49,021 nucleotides of DNA. Source: Octopus sinensis. Taxonomy: Eukaryota. The stretch's first letter is position 1, and each line of letters starts with the position of its first letter. The stretch spans positions 1 through 49,021 of the forward strand of contig NW_021834384.1 in NCBI RefSeq assembly GCF_006345805.1. The letters run 5' to 3'. The position numbers were made by a program, and so were the translations under genes. Below, one piece after another: positions 1-10,850 of the stretch. Below the pieces are notes generated by a model. The model was not told the DNA's origin and did no database searches. It saw only the letters and a list, made by a program, of their open reading frames with translations.

Positions 1-1029
1 TCACCAAGATTTGGGAAAGAAAATGTATTTTTGTTGGACATCCAAAACAATTAAATGGTTCTGTAATTGTTTTGGCAGTCCAATGTTTCAAACGCATGCG
101 TTCTGAACTTATCTATAATATATAGCGGAAGTTGCTTTTAGCAATGGAGTTACCTGTTTTGCAGTTTAGTTTCGGATTTAGAATTCTTATTAAATATTCC
201 TCTTTTGTCTTTCGTAGCTGATCGTATTTGTCTTTAATTTTGTAAAAAAGGAATCGTTTGAATTTTTCCATTTGCACAGATGTCTTGGTGGAACATTCGC
301 AAAAGATGAATTTTCTAGTTGCCGTTTGGGCAGGTTCGCATCTTTTTACTTTTACTTGTTTTAGTCATTGGACTGCGTCCATGCTGAGCCAATCGTCATT
401 CACAATACGAGACCAACGTTATGCAACACTTTTTAAGTGTCAGTCACGCGAACATGTAATCTTTATAATCAACTTAACATGGCTGACTTTTTACAACACC
501 GAATACTGCGTTATTAGCCTTGAGAGATCCTCTCATATAGACGCTTGTTACATAAAAGCACAGGCAGAAAGTAGCAGTCAAGATTCGTCAGTCATGGCCG
601 CTGGAACTCCCACCTCGCGGGATTTCATTCTACTGGAAATCATCAAGAGGGTGCATCCGGTCACCGCATACCAGTCAAATATTCTTAGCATCAGAGATAC
701 ACAGTTCATAAATATTTCACTTATTCCACAACAAAGACAAACACATCTTAATGAAGCTCTATGTGATAAACAACGTCATGAGTTTGTTTCCATGTTGTAC
801 ATTAACATAAAGATTGTCCTGGCGTCCAACATCACCTGAAAATCCAAGAAATGTTTCCGTAAGATTACCTCCCGTCGTTAATAATTAATATTGAAAATGA
901 AAATTTCAGCTTATTAAGATTCATTAAAGCGTTACTGATAAATTCATACCGATGCAAATTAATACTATACAGACATTATGTATTCAGTTATGCTCCGTAG
1001 TTAAGTTTGTTTAAAGCGTTTGCTTAGCT

Positions 1030-1135
1030 CAGTGGTTCTCAACCGGGGTTCGTATAGATTTTTTGGGGTTGGGTCCACGCAAATAGAATAATAAATTGGA
1101 GATCCACAACAATATTTTAGCGGTCCCAGAAAAAA
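1030..1135 (+). mobile_element. Solo hAT (Charlie/SPIN-like) terminal inverted repeat fragment
   Basis: Begins CAGTGGTTCTCAACC, typical of hAT-Charlie TIRs; no matching opposite TIR seen nearby. Confidence 0.4.
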
Positions 1136-1144
1136 ATTTGACTT

Positions 1145-1258
1145 GAGTACGTGTGTCTGTTGAGTGCTCAGCCATTTTATTGTTAATTTCACGAGCAGAG
1201 TGTTCTGTTGATCGGATCAACAGGAGCGCTCATCGTCGTAGCCGACGGAGTGCCAGTA
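1145..1258 (+). mobile_element. SINE family B, 3' fragment
   Basis: Matches the 3' part of the full copy at 24656-25054 (gagtgctcagcca...ttaatttcacgagcag...gatcggatcaac...cgtcgtagccgacggagtgc). Confidence 0.8.
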
Positions 1259-1667
1259 TACACAAATTACTTATATCACATACTTAACACATGAGTGTTG
1301 TTTAAACGCCAGGAGTCACGATTTTCGTATCGGAAAAATTCCTTCAAAGATGTATACTGTTAAAAACAGTATATTTCGAAGCTAGAAAAAGGTAAACTGC
1401 CCCCGGAAGTGAAGACTAGAGCTGCAAATTCAGTACTTCTGCGCCTAATCTTGCATAAAAACAGCAAAGTTTCTTCTCGCTCGTTTTACGAAGTCCAGCC
1501 TACACAAGTTAATGCGTAAGAAACGAAATAGGAATTTTGAAAAATTATAAAATCCTCATGGATGGTTGTCGGCAAATGTTTCTGCTCTAAAAGGATTTTA
1601 TCCTATATATATATATATATGCTGTTCTTTCAAGTTGTTACGCGTTGAAAAAATATAACTTTCTACT

Positions 1668-1905
1668 TGGGGTAAAGATTGTTTTCCAACATAACATGGC
1701 AGTCTTGGTTTAGGACGAATGTTGCTGTAATTTAGCCCCAGCTGGCTATACTTATATTTTCGAACAAGGGAATCTAGCACCCCCACTCAGTTCAAAATAC
1801 AGATCATATAGCCAGCTGGAGACGATGTCTCTTGGGGCTAAATTACAGCAACATTCGTCCTAAACCAGGACTGCCGTGTTATGTTGGCAAATAATCTTTA
1901 CTCCA
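1668..1905. repeat. Foldback / MITE-like long inverted repeat
   Basis: 1668-1750 is the reverse complement of 1807-1905 apart from a ~16-nt indel and a few substitutions; spacer ~56 nt. Confidence 0.85.
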
Positions 1906-2012
1906 AAGTACAGTCGCTGAATATCTCTCATTGTGAAATTTAAAAATAGTAATTTTCTACTTGTTCTATAAAACTAGTTTTTAAATATCGAATGGCTAAC
2001 ATATTTAAATAT

Positions 2013-2246
2013 CTATTTCTTTTCTACCCACAAGGGGCTAAACACAGAGGGGACAAACAAGGACAGACAAACGGATTAAGTCGGTTACATCGACCCCAGT
2101 GCGTAACTGGTACTTAATTTATCGACCCCGAACGGATGAAAGGCAAAGTCGACCTCGGCGGAATTTGAACTCAGAACGTAACGGCAGACGAAATACGGCT
2201 ACGCATTTCGCCCGGCGTGCTAACGTTTCTGCCAGCTCGCCACCTT
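2013..2246 (-). mobile_element. tRNA-derived SINE family C, subfamily C1, full length
   Basis: Head GGTGGCGAGCTGGCAGAAACGTTAGC (A-box-like), B-box GAGTTCAAATTCC, tail AGCCCCTTGTGGGTAGAAAAGAAATAG; many copies in window. Confidence 0.9.
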
Positions 2247-3140
2247 ATTTAAGATATTTAAATACCGAATGGCACCAGAATGAAATAGTAACCAAAGAGG
2301 TCCATAAGTAAGAAATGGTTGAAATGGTAGATCATTGTTTCAACACATCTTCAATAACACAAATACCACAGACACAATAGAACTGTGAGGAGAAATAAGC
2401 CCAGTTTTCCTTAGGCACAATTGTAAGTAGCTCTTTATGAGGAACACTTCTTGACAACTCATGTATAACAAAAAATAGAGTTTCCAAAGACGTCCTCAAT
2501 CAGGACAGCACCTTTAGTTACCGCCAAGGTGGACATTACCACATCATCTCGAAAATCAAACGTTTACTGAAATTACATATTTCATAGTTGTCTATAAACT
2601 TCAAACAAACTTACGGTTTTCAAAATAATTTCCTCGGGTGGCGGCTAGTAATAAAAGATTAGATAAACAACAACAACAACAGCAGCAGCAACAGCAACAG
2701 CAACAACTTATTCTTTGATCCTCTACACAAGTGTATCTGATCCTCTGCAAAAAATGAATTGCAATATTAGTGACCAAGCCTGGTCGTAAATCTACGATGA
2801 AAGACTTGGGTACGTGATATTATAAAAAATATATATACTGTCACTTACCAATCGATATTACATTTATTAATAAAAATACTGTTCCTTGCTTTTTATTTAT
2901 TTATTTTTTCAGACTCCCTGGTTAAGCATTGAGAAAAACAAAACAAAAAAAAACCCCCAAAAACAAAAGAAACCCTACACTGTGTTCATAGAACCACTTA
3001 TATGCGTGTGTATAAGAACATATTTATGCAAAGATACAGGTAAAAATATACGCATACGTACATATGTACATCCATATACATATATTTACACATGTTTACA
3101 TTCATGAATAGACACTCAGTTACTCACACACACACACACA

Positions 3141-3550
3141 TCTCTTTTACTCTTTTACATGTTTCAGTCATTTGACTGCGGCCATGCTGGAGCACCGCCT
3201 TTAGTCGAGCAACTCAACCCCGGGACTTATTCTTTGTAAGCCCAGTACTTATTCTATCGGTCTCTTTTGCCGAACCGCTAGGCGACGGGGACGTAAACAC
3301 ACCAGCATCGGTTGTCAAGCAATGCTAGGGGTACAAACACAGACACACAAACACATATACATATATATACATATATATACATATATACGACAGGCTTCTT
3401 TCAGTTTCCGTCTACCAAATCCACTCACATGGCATTGGTCGGCCCGGGGCTATAGCAGAAGACACTTGCCCAAGATGCCACGCAGTAGGACTGAACCCGG
3501 AACCATGTGGCTGGTTAGCAAGCTACTTACCACACAGCCACTCCTGCGCC
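3141..3550 (-). mobile_element. tRNA-derived SINE family A (CORE-like domain, internal TA/TG microsatellite)
   Basis: Head GGCGCAGGAGTGGCTGTGTGGTAAG, B-box GGTTCAGTCC, CORE-like GGCATCTTGGGCAAGTGTCTT, tail GACTGAAACATGTAAAAGAGTAAAAG; about 10 copies in window. Confidence 0.9.
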
Positions 3551-3656
3551 TATGTATATATATATATATACTGTTTCCACATTCATATATGGATATCTAC
3601 AACGTCAACACGTGTTCTCGAATAAAGAACTGTGTAAAAGTAAATTCAGAAACGAC

Positions 3657-3688
<32 letters not shown>

Positions 3689-3984
3689 CCCCACACCCCT
3701 GACACAAGCCCGGGCAAGTTTGTTTATGGAAGACCAGCAGTCGCCCATGCATACCAGCCTCCCCTCTCCTCGCCACCGATGTTATCCAAGGGAAAGAAAG
3801 ACAAAGGGGCCGATACAGCTTGGCATCTGTGACGTCGCAACTGATTTCTACAGCTGAGTGAACTGGAGTAACGTGATATAAAGTGTCTTGCTCAAGATCA
3901 CAACACGCAGCCCGGTCCGGGATTCGAACTCACAACATCACGATCGTAAGATCGACGCTCTAACCACTAAGCCATGCGCCTTCA
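3689..3984 (-). mobile_element. tRNA-derived SINE family D
   Basis: Minus strand GAAGGCGCATGGCTTAGTGGTTAGAGCG (A-box) ... GAGTTCGAATCCC (B-box), then GTTGTGATCTTGAGCAAGACACTT, a common SINE body motif; flanked by TA/CA repeats. Confidence 0.75.
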
Positions 3985-4007
3985 CACACACACACACATA
4001 TATATAT

Positions 4008-4038
<31 letters not shown>

Positions 4039-4078
4039 CATACATACACACAAACACCCCCCACACATATATATATAT

Positions 4079-4162
<84 letters not shown>

Positions 4163-4204
4163 ATACATATATACATACACACACAAACACACATATTTAC
4201 AAAG

Positions 4205-5115
4205 ACAAGGTGCGGTGAAAGAATTGTCGTCTCAATTGCGCGAAAAATGGAAATAATACTAGCATCTCATTTTAACAGATATATATCAAAATTACATAAG
4301 GATATTTTGAAATAATAAAGAGTAAATTTATTCAATAAAACCGCCATTGGCTTCAACCAAGGCCTCCAAACGACATTGGAATCTCCTGCAACTCTTCCAG
4401 ACGGTCTCCTTGTTTAAGTTGGTCAATTCTAACGTAATCTTTGCCTTCGGTTCATCTTTGGTGTTACGAGGAGTTTTGTTGGTCTCTCGCTCAACTGCAC
4501 ATCGCACATAATAATCAAGGGGATTACAGTGTGTGAAGTTAGGTGGCCAGATGTTAGGGGTGGTGTGGTCGCAGAAATTGTCTGACAGCCATGACTGGGT
4601 TCTCTTGATTGCGTGGCCTGGTGCAGAGTCCTGTTGCCAGACATAGGGTCTTCCATTAGCCACTCTTTTGACCCAGGGCAGCACTACCTCCTCCAGACAC
4701 TTGGCGTAGGTCTTTGTGTTGACCGTGAGGCCGTGTTGGAAGATGAATGGAGGCATAACGTCGCCATCACTAGTGATCACTCCAAACACCATGATGTTGA
4801 CTGGATGTTTGATTTTTACCACTCTTGGTACATGTCCTCAGATTGACACCCAAACACTTTGAAATGTTCATATTGGAGCTTCTGGCATGAATACCAAGCT
4901 GTACAGCATGTCGTTTCCAAATTTCTGGCAGAGGGAATTGCGTCATGGTGCTGCTTTTCTCACAGACGATGCCCAACTGACCCTACTATACTGTGTAGTC
5001 GACAAAATCAAAAACAAACAATGCACATGCGCGAAATTAAAAAATATAAAATGGCTGTAACGTACTGTATATAAACAACCCCATACATGATATAAAACAG
5101 ATATGTAGTTAAACA
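4205..5115 (-). mobile_element. Internally deleted Tc1/mariner element, DD37D (maT-type) transposase remnant
   Basis: ORF 4328-4822 contains WQQDSAPGH...WPPNFTHCNPLDYY with 37 residues between the 2nd and 3rd D. An N-terminal remnant (MTQFPLPEIWKRHAV...) is fused directly to the catalytic part. TIRs were not confidently resolved, so the ends are approximate. Confidence 0.85.
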
Positions 5116-5611
5116 ACGACTTCATCCCAGCACTGAACATGGTTTCTCTATAAACTCGATTTCACTTGTTGAGAGTCTCTTCGTTCCTTCATTTTAGCGA
5201 ATTAATAACTCTAAGCTGCAGATTTACCATTCTTATTCAGCATTTTCACTCATTCGTTTCAGTAATAAAATCATTCTCTGTATAACTGCAAAATATTTCT
5301 CCGCTTACGTGCCATATTATAGATGTGTGTATGTGTGTATACGTGTGTGTGTATATATATGCATATATGTATGTATGTATGTATGATTGTATGTATGTAT
5401 GTATGTATGTATGTATGTATGTATGTATGTGTATATGCACATATGCCTATATATATATATATATGTATAAATGCGTGTGTATGTATGTAGGATATACATA
5501 AATTGAATGCCCTCTACGAAGTGGAAGGCAAGCAGAAGCATTCATTCATCCGGAATCCAGATATTGTAAAACGTCAGTTATGATGTATATTTAGCCTGAG
5601 GTGTTGGTGGC

Positions 5612-5644
<33 letters not shown>

Positions 5645-5806
5645 TAGTAGTAGTAGTAGTAGTGGTAGTAGTAGCGGTGGTGGTGGATGGTGGTTGTGGT
5701 AGTGTTGTCGTTTTACTTCTTAATAATGGTGGCGGGGTTTTGGGGGGCGTGTAGGTGGTAGTAGTGATCCTCTTCTATGAGGGGGATTTTCGTGGTGGTA
5801 GTATTA

Positions 5807-5875
5807 CATAGTGCTTAAGAGTGCGGGCTACTAACCCCAAGATTCCGAGTTCGATTCCAAGCAGTGACCTGAACA
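5807..5875 (+). mobile_element. tRNA-like head of SINE family F (5' half, separated from its tail by a Dong insertion)
   Basis: TAGTGCTTAAGAG A-box-like, GGCTACTAACC anticodon-arm-like (resembles tRNA-Asn GGCTGTTAACC), GAGTTCGATTCC B-box; followed by A-run and (AAT)n. Confidence 0.6.
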
Positions 5876-5897
5876 ATAAAAATTAAAAAAAAAAAAA

Positions 5898-5929
<32 letters not shown>

Positions 5930-6809
5930 GCAACGGACCAAGATAAAACGATGGCAAGAAAAGCCCCTTCATGGCAAATGCTGGACTAAACTAAATGCAA
6001 AAGAAATAGACAGAGAAAAATCCCAGCAATGGTTGAGAAGCTCAGGACTCAAAGCAGAGACAGAGGGATTTTTAATTGCAGCACAAGACCAAAGCCTCCC
6101 CACCAGAAATTACCAAAAACATGTAATGAAAAGAAATATTACAAGTAACTGCAGAATATGTGGAGATGGACAAGAAACAATAAATCATATTATCTCTGGT
6201 TGCCCAGTCCTGGCTAAGAAGGAATATATTCACAGACACGACCGAGTTGGGACCTACATACACTGGAAGCTCTGCCAACACTATGGAATGCCAACAGAAA
6301 AAAGATGGTATAGGCACACACCAGAAAAGGTCACAGAAAACGAGAAAGCAACCATACTCTGGGATATGCCGATACTCACAGATAGAGAAATTAAGGCCAA
6401 CAGACCAGATATAGTTGTCAGAGATCATGAAGAAAAAAATGCTTTCTAATTGATGTATCAATACCGGCAGATGACAACGTGTCTCTAAAAGAAATGGAGA
6501 AACTTTCAAAATACAAAGACCTGGAATAGAGGTAACCAGAATGTGGAATCTAAAAACAGAAACAATTCCTATCATAGTAGGTGCATTAGGCATGATAAAA
6601 AAATATTCAGACAAATACATAACAAAAACACCAGGACTTACAAACACATATAACATACAGAAAATTGCACTACTAGGTACTGCACACATCCTACGCAGAA
6701 CACTTTCCATACAATAACCATCAGAGCATCACAACAAATCACAGCACATACCCAAGGCACACAGAGCTGCGCTCGGTAGTGAAGTGAAAGCACGCTATAA
6801 AAATAACTA

Positions 6810-6812
<3 letters not shown>
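5930..6812 (+). mobile_element. 5'-truncated R4/Dong-type non-LTR retrotransposon (CCHC zinc knuckle + RLE endonuclease), inserted in (AAT)n
   Basis: WQEKPLHG, LKAETEGFLIAAQDQ, CRICG-x-ETINHIISGC, RHDRV, NRPDIVV, KYKDL, IQKIALLGTAHILRR; two frameshifts in A-runs; (AAT)n on both sides. Confidence 0.92.
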
Positions 6813-6887
<75 letters not shown>

Positions 6888-6902
6888 TAATAATAATATT
6901 AA

Positions 6903-7058
6903 TAACACCGAAAAATACCTTAGGAATGAGAATGCAGGTTCGAAATTTCCCCAAGAAACCTGATGAAGGCTGGAGGATGTATCAGCCGAAACGTTGTGTT
7001 AACAACAAACAAGATGAGGACAAATATCCATCAAATGTAAATAATGTAAATAATGTAT
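6903..7058 (+). mobile_element. 3' module of SINE family F with Penelope-like terminal sequence and (AATGTAAAT)n tail
   Basis: CCTGATGAAGGCTG...CAGCCGAAACGTTG resembles Penelope-type repeat ends; ends in tandem AATGTAAAT. The link to the head at 5807-5875 is inferred. Confidence 0.55.
6955..7000 (+). ncRNA. Candidate minimal type I hammerhead ribozyme (Penelope-type)
   Basis: CUGAUGA 6960-6966, extra A, stem II GGCUG 6968-6972/CAGCC 6983-6987, GAAA 6988-6991, palindromic ACGU stem III, putative GUU cleavage after 6995; stem I GUGUU pairs 4 of 5 with GAAAC 6955-6959. Confidence 0.55.
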
Positions 7059-7337
7059 GACATGTTGTCAGTAGTGGTAGGTGTAGAGTTAATAGTCATG
7101 CTATTAGTTCTAGTAGCAGTGGTGTTGGCATTGGATGTAGTGTTGGTAGTAGTAGTAGCCTGGAAGTTGTAGTAGTCGTATTGGTTCTGGTAGTAGAGGC
7201 GTTCTGCAACACTCTAGCATGAGGTAACTCCGTTGACAGACTCTGCGATGCTGTGCACTCAGCACTTCCAGACATGTTGAGAGCATTCGTAGCAAATCAT
7301 GGCATGTGATGCCTTCACAGCACACTCTATCATACTG

Positions 7338-7549
7338 ATTTCTAATTTTGGCACAAGGCCAGCAATTTCGTAGTCGAGGAAAGCCGATTATATTGAGCCC
7401 AATAATCAACTGATACTTATTTTATCGACCCCGAAAGGATGAAAGGCAAAGTCAATCTCAGCGGAATTTGAACTCAGAACTTAAAGACGGATGAAATGCC
7501 GCTAAGCATTTTGTTCGGCGTAATAACACTTCTGCCATCTCACCACCTT
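7338..7549 (-). mobile_element. SINE family C, diverged copy with alternative (C3) tail
   Basis: Shares the C head and core (gaaaggatgaaaggcaaagtc); tail AATTGCTGGCCTTGTGCCAAAATTAGAAAT. Confidence 0.8.
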
Positions 7550-7552
7550 AGT

Positions 7553-7930
7553 ACACCCTGTCTTATTGAAAAAATTACAGTGCACCCTATCATGTTGTGG
7601 GACCTTACAGCACACTCTCTCAAGCTGTGGGCCCTCGCAACACAGCCTGTCATGTTGAAAGCATTTACTGAGCACCCTATATGCTGTGGGCCCTTACAGC
7701 ACACTCTCACAAGCTGTGAACCCTCACAACACACCGTGTCATGTTGAAAACAATTACAATGCACCCTATATGCTGTGGGCCCTTACAGCACACGCTCTCA
7801 AGCTGTGAGCCTTTGCAACACACCCTGTCACATTGAAAGCATTTACAGCAGGGCACCCTATATGCTGTGGGCCCTTACAGCAGACTCTCTCAAGCTGTGA
7901 GCCTTCGCAACACACCCTGTCATGTTGAAG
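7553..7930. repeat. Minisatellite, ~4.2 units of ~90 bp with alternating (dimeric) variants
   Basis: CACCCTAT recurs at 7583, 7673, 7762 and 7854; each unit has GCTGTGGGCCCTTACAGC or a close variant. Confidence 0.92.
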
Positions 7931-8073
7931 ACACCCGCATCACTCTCTGTCATAATGTGAGCCGCCTTCACAGCCCACTCCGACATGAGGTGATGCATTG
8001 TAAGGAGTGCAGCAAACAGATTCGTGCTCCACGTATTTTCACCATTGTCCAATCAGTCCTTGTTTAGCTGAGA

Positions 8074-8378
8074 GTGAAGGTGCGTAATTTAGTGGTTAGC
8101 GCATTCGGTTCACGATCGTAAGATCGTGTGTTCGATTCTCGATGGCACTTTATTTCTCGTTGCTCCAGTCTACTCAACGGACAAAAATGAATCGTACGCG
8201 TGATTCAAAGGGCCGGCCTTGCCAAATTCTATGTCACGATGAATATCCTTGAGAACTACGTTGTAGGTATGCATGTCCGTGGAGTACTCAGCCATTTTGC
8301 ACGCTAATTTAGCGAGAAGACTGCTCCACTGATCGAATCAACTGGAACGATCGTCGTCGTAAGCGACGGAGTACCGGT
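8074..8378 (+). mobile_element. Diverged SINE with D-like head and B-like 3' half
   Basis: GTGAAGGTGCGTAATTTAGTGGTTAG...CGATCGTAAGATCG head; CAAAGGGCCGGCCTTG...CGACGGAGTAC body as in family B. Confidence 0.65.
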
Positions 8379-8657
8379 TTACTTGGTCCTTGCTATTACA
8401 AGTTAACTTGTTATTTAGCTCAGTATCATAACTAACTTCGTAGACTTATGATGAAATATGTTTCAGCCTCCAGCATCCCGTCTTTTTTGAGGTATTGGAA
8501 ACTACATTTTCCGATGATGCCTTGTTGAAGACAGGAGGGCAAAATACGAGGGTGATTTGGCTGCTATTTCTAGTTGCATATTCTTAGGTGTTAATGGTGA
8601 CCACAGCGGAGGTATTTAAGATGCACTCGGTCACAACACATCAGTCAAAATCGTAGC

Positions 8658-9041
8658 TCTCCGTCGGTTACGACGACGAGGGTTCCAGTTGATCCGATCA
8701 GCATCAACGGAACAGCCTGCTCATGAAATTAACGTGTAAGTGGCTGAGCACTCCACAGACACGTGCACCCTTAACGTAGTTTTCGGGGAGATTCAGCGTC
8801 ACTCAGTGTGACAAGGCTAGCCCTTTGAAATACAGGTACAAGAGAAACAGGAAGCAAGATTGAGAGAAAGTTGTGGTCAAAGAGTACAGCAGGGTTCGTC
8901 ACCATTCCGCCTGCCGGAGCCTCGTGGAGCTTTAGGTGTTTTCGCGCAATAAACACTCACAACGCCCAGTCTGGAAATCGAAACAGCGATCCCACGACCG
9001 CGTGTCTGCTGTACTAACCACTGGGCCATTGCGCTTCCACA
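8658..9041 (-). mobile_element. tRNA-derived SINE family B, full length
   Basis: Reverse-complement match to 24656-25037 along its length. Confidence 0.9.
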
Positions 9042-9718
9042 CAAAGTATTCTGTATCGATCACTTGGTGTTGGCTTGTAGGCTTCTATATTCCAGTTATT
9101 TATTGTGAATGTAGGTTTTGTTTGTTCGGATCGAGAGAATCGTGTTCGTTTATTCCTTTGGACTTTTATGCGTTTTAGCCCAAAGGCCGTGGCCATGCTG
9201 TGGTACCACGTGTTATCCTTTTTTTCGATGGCCATTCTTTTGTGATTGGCTTTTGGTGAAGTAAGGAGTTCGATATTGCTGTCCTCGTTTGAGTTTCTCG
9301 CCGTGATGAAAGTTCATCTGGGACCTTTGAAAGCTAGAGGTCAAGATGTTTCTTGAAAACATCTACCCCTACTCCATATATATCTCTCAGATGTTTTGGT
9401 CATATATTAAATAGCCTTGGGTCCCTGAATTCCAGGTTATCGCAATATTTGTGGTACTGTTCTGATTAACTCAAGATAACAGAAATTACATTTTTCTAAG
9501 GTGCTAGACAGGGGAATCGAAACCGAAACCACGTAGCTTCGAAGAGATCTTCGAAAAGAGACCAAAGATGGGAGAGAGAAATAGACATAAATAAGAAAGA
9601 TAAATTTATTCAAAGTAAATAGAGTAAATTCTATGATCAAAGAAATCCATTCTGTCACCATTTCATCTTTCCGTTTTATTCCTGATCTAATGTTTCGATC
9701 CATAATACTCAGTGTTGA

Positions 9719-10122
9719 GGCGGCGAGCTGGCAGAAACGTTAGCACGCCGGGCGAAATGCTTAGCAGTATTTCGTCTGCCGCTACGTTCTAAGTTCAAAT
9801 TCTGCCAAGGTCAACTTTGCCTTTCATCATTTCGGAGTCGATTAAATAAGTACCAGTTACGCACTGGTGTCCATGTAATCGACTTAATCCGTTTGTCTGT
9901 CCTTGTTTGTCCTCTCTGTGTTTAGCCCCTTGTGGGTACGCCAGGCGAAATGCTTAGAGGTATTTCATCTGTCTTTACGTTCTGAGTTCAAATTCTGCCG
10001 AGGTCGACTTTGCTTATCTTCCTTTCGGGGTGGATAAATTAGGTACCAGTTGTGTACTGGAGTCGATCTAATCGACTGGCCCCCTCCTCAAAAACTTCGG
10101 GCCTTGTGCTTAGAGTAGAAAA
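9719..10122 (+). mobile_element. Tandem SINE C dimer (C1 9719-9938, then 5'-truncated C2 9939-10122)
   Basis: Two C cores in tandem; the second ends in the C2 tail TTCGGGCCTTGTGCTTAGAGTAGAAAA. Confidence 0.85.
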
Positions 10123-10295
10123 TATTACTCAAAGTGTTCCTTATTTAACATAGCAGAGTGTGATCTGAGTGAGAGTGGGCTGCCATTTCTAGTTGGTCTA
10201 CAAAGCGTGCAGAGGTTCTATGCTGATACAGACACATAAAAAATACGTGCGCGCGCACATATGCGCATATAAACAGTTAGACATATATACATATA

Positions 10296-10850
10296 TATAC
10301 GTTCATATATAAAGATACATACATATGTATATATATATATATATATTTATATATATACATATAAACACACACATATATATATATACATACATACATACAT
10401 ATGTCTAACTGCATATATAGATAGGTAGATAGACAGACAGATAGATAGTATATAGATATATAAATACATATTATTGTGTGTGTGTACACACACACATACT
10501 TTATTTGTGGATTAACAAGGTAACCAATGGTTTCATGTATATCTAACTGCATATATATATAGACACACACATATATATATATAGAAACACATACACACAC
10601 GCATATATATATATATATATATATGTGTGTATATATATATGTATATATATATGTATATATATGTGTATATATATGTATATATATGTATATATATATATAC
10701 ATATATATATACATACACGCACACATATATATTTACACATCCATACATATATGTATGTATGTTTATAAATGTATACATTCATATACCCGTAAATACGTCC
10801 ATATATTCATGCATACATATATTCATGTATATTAAAATTATAATATTATA
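10296..10850. repeat. (TA)n/(CA)n/(TATG)n compound microsatellite tracts
   Basis: Direct inspection. Confidence 0.9.

Noticed and set aside
258-839. 193-aa ORF
   Set aside because: TTG start, includes a SINE A tail fragment near 345-392, and has no recognisable domain.
5807-5870. Functional tRNA gene (also the heads of families A, B, C, D)
   Set aside because: No complete acceptor stem or cloverleaf; these are SINE heads.
7553-7930. CRISPR-like array of palindromic repeats
   Set aside because: There are no unique spacers or cas genes, the whole unit is repeated, and the context is eukaryotic.
9250-9335. Second Penelope/hammerhead-like tail on the minus strand (CAGATGAAC...GAGAAAC...GAGGACAGCAATATC)
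   Set aside because: Only loosely similar to 6955-7030 and the catalytic core is broken; not supportable by eye.
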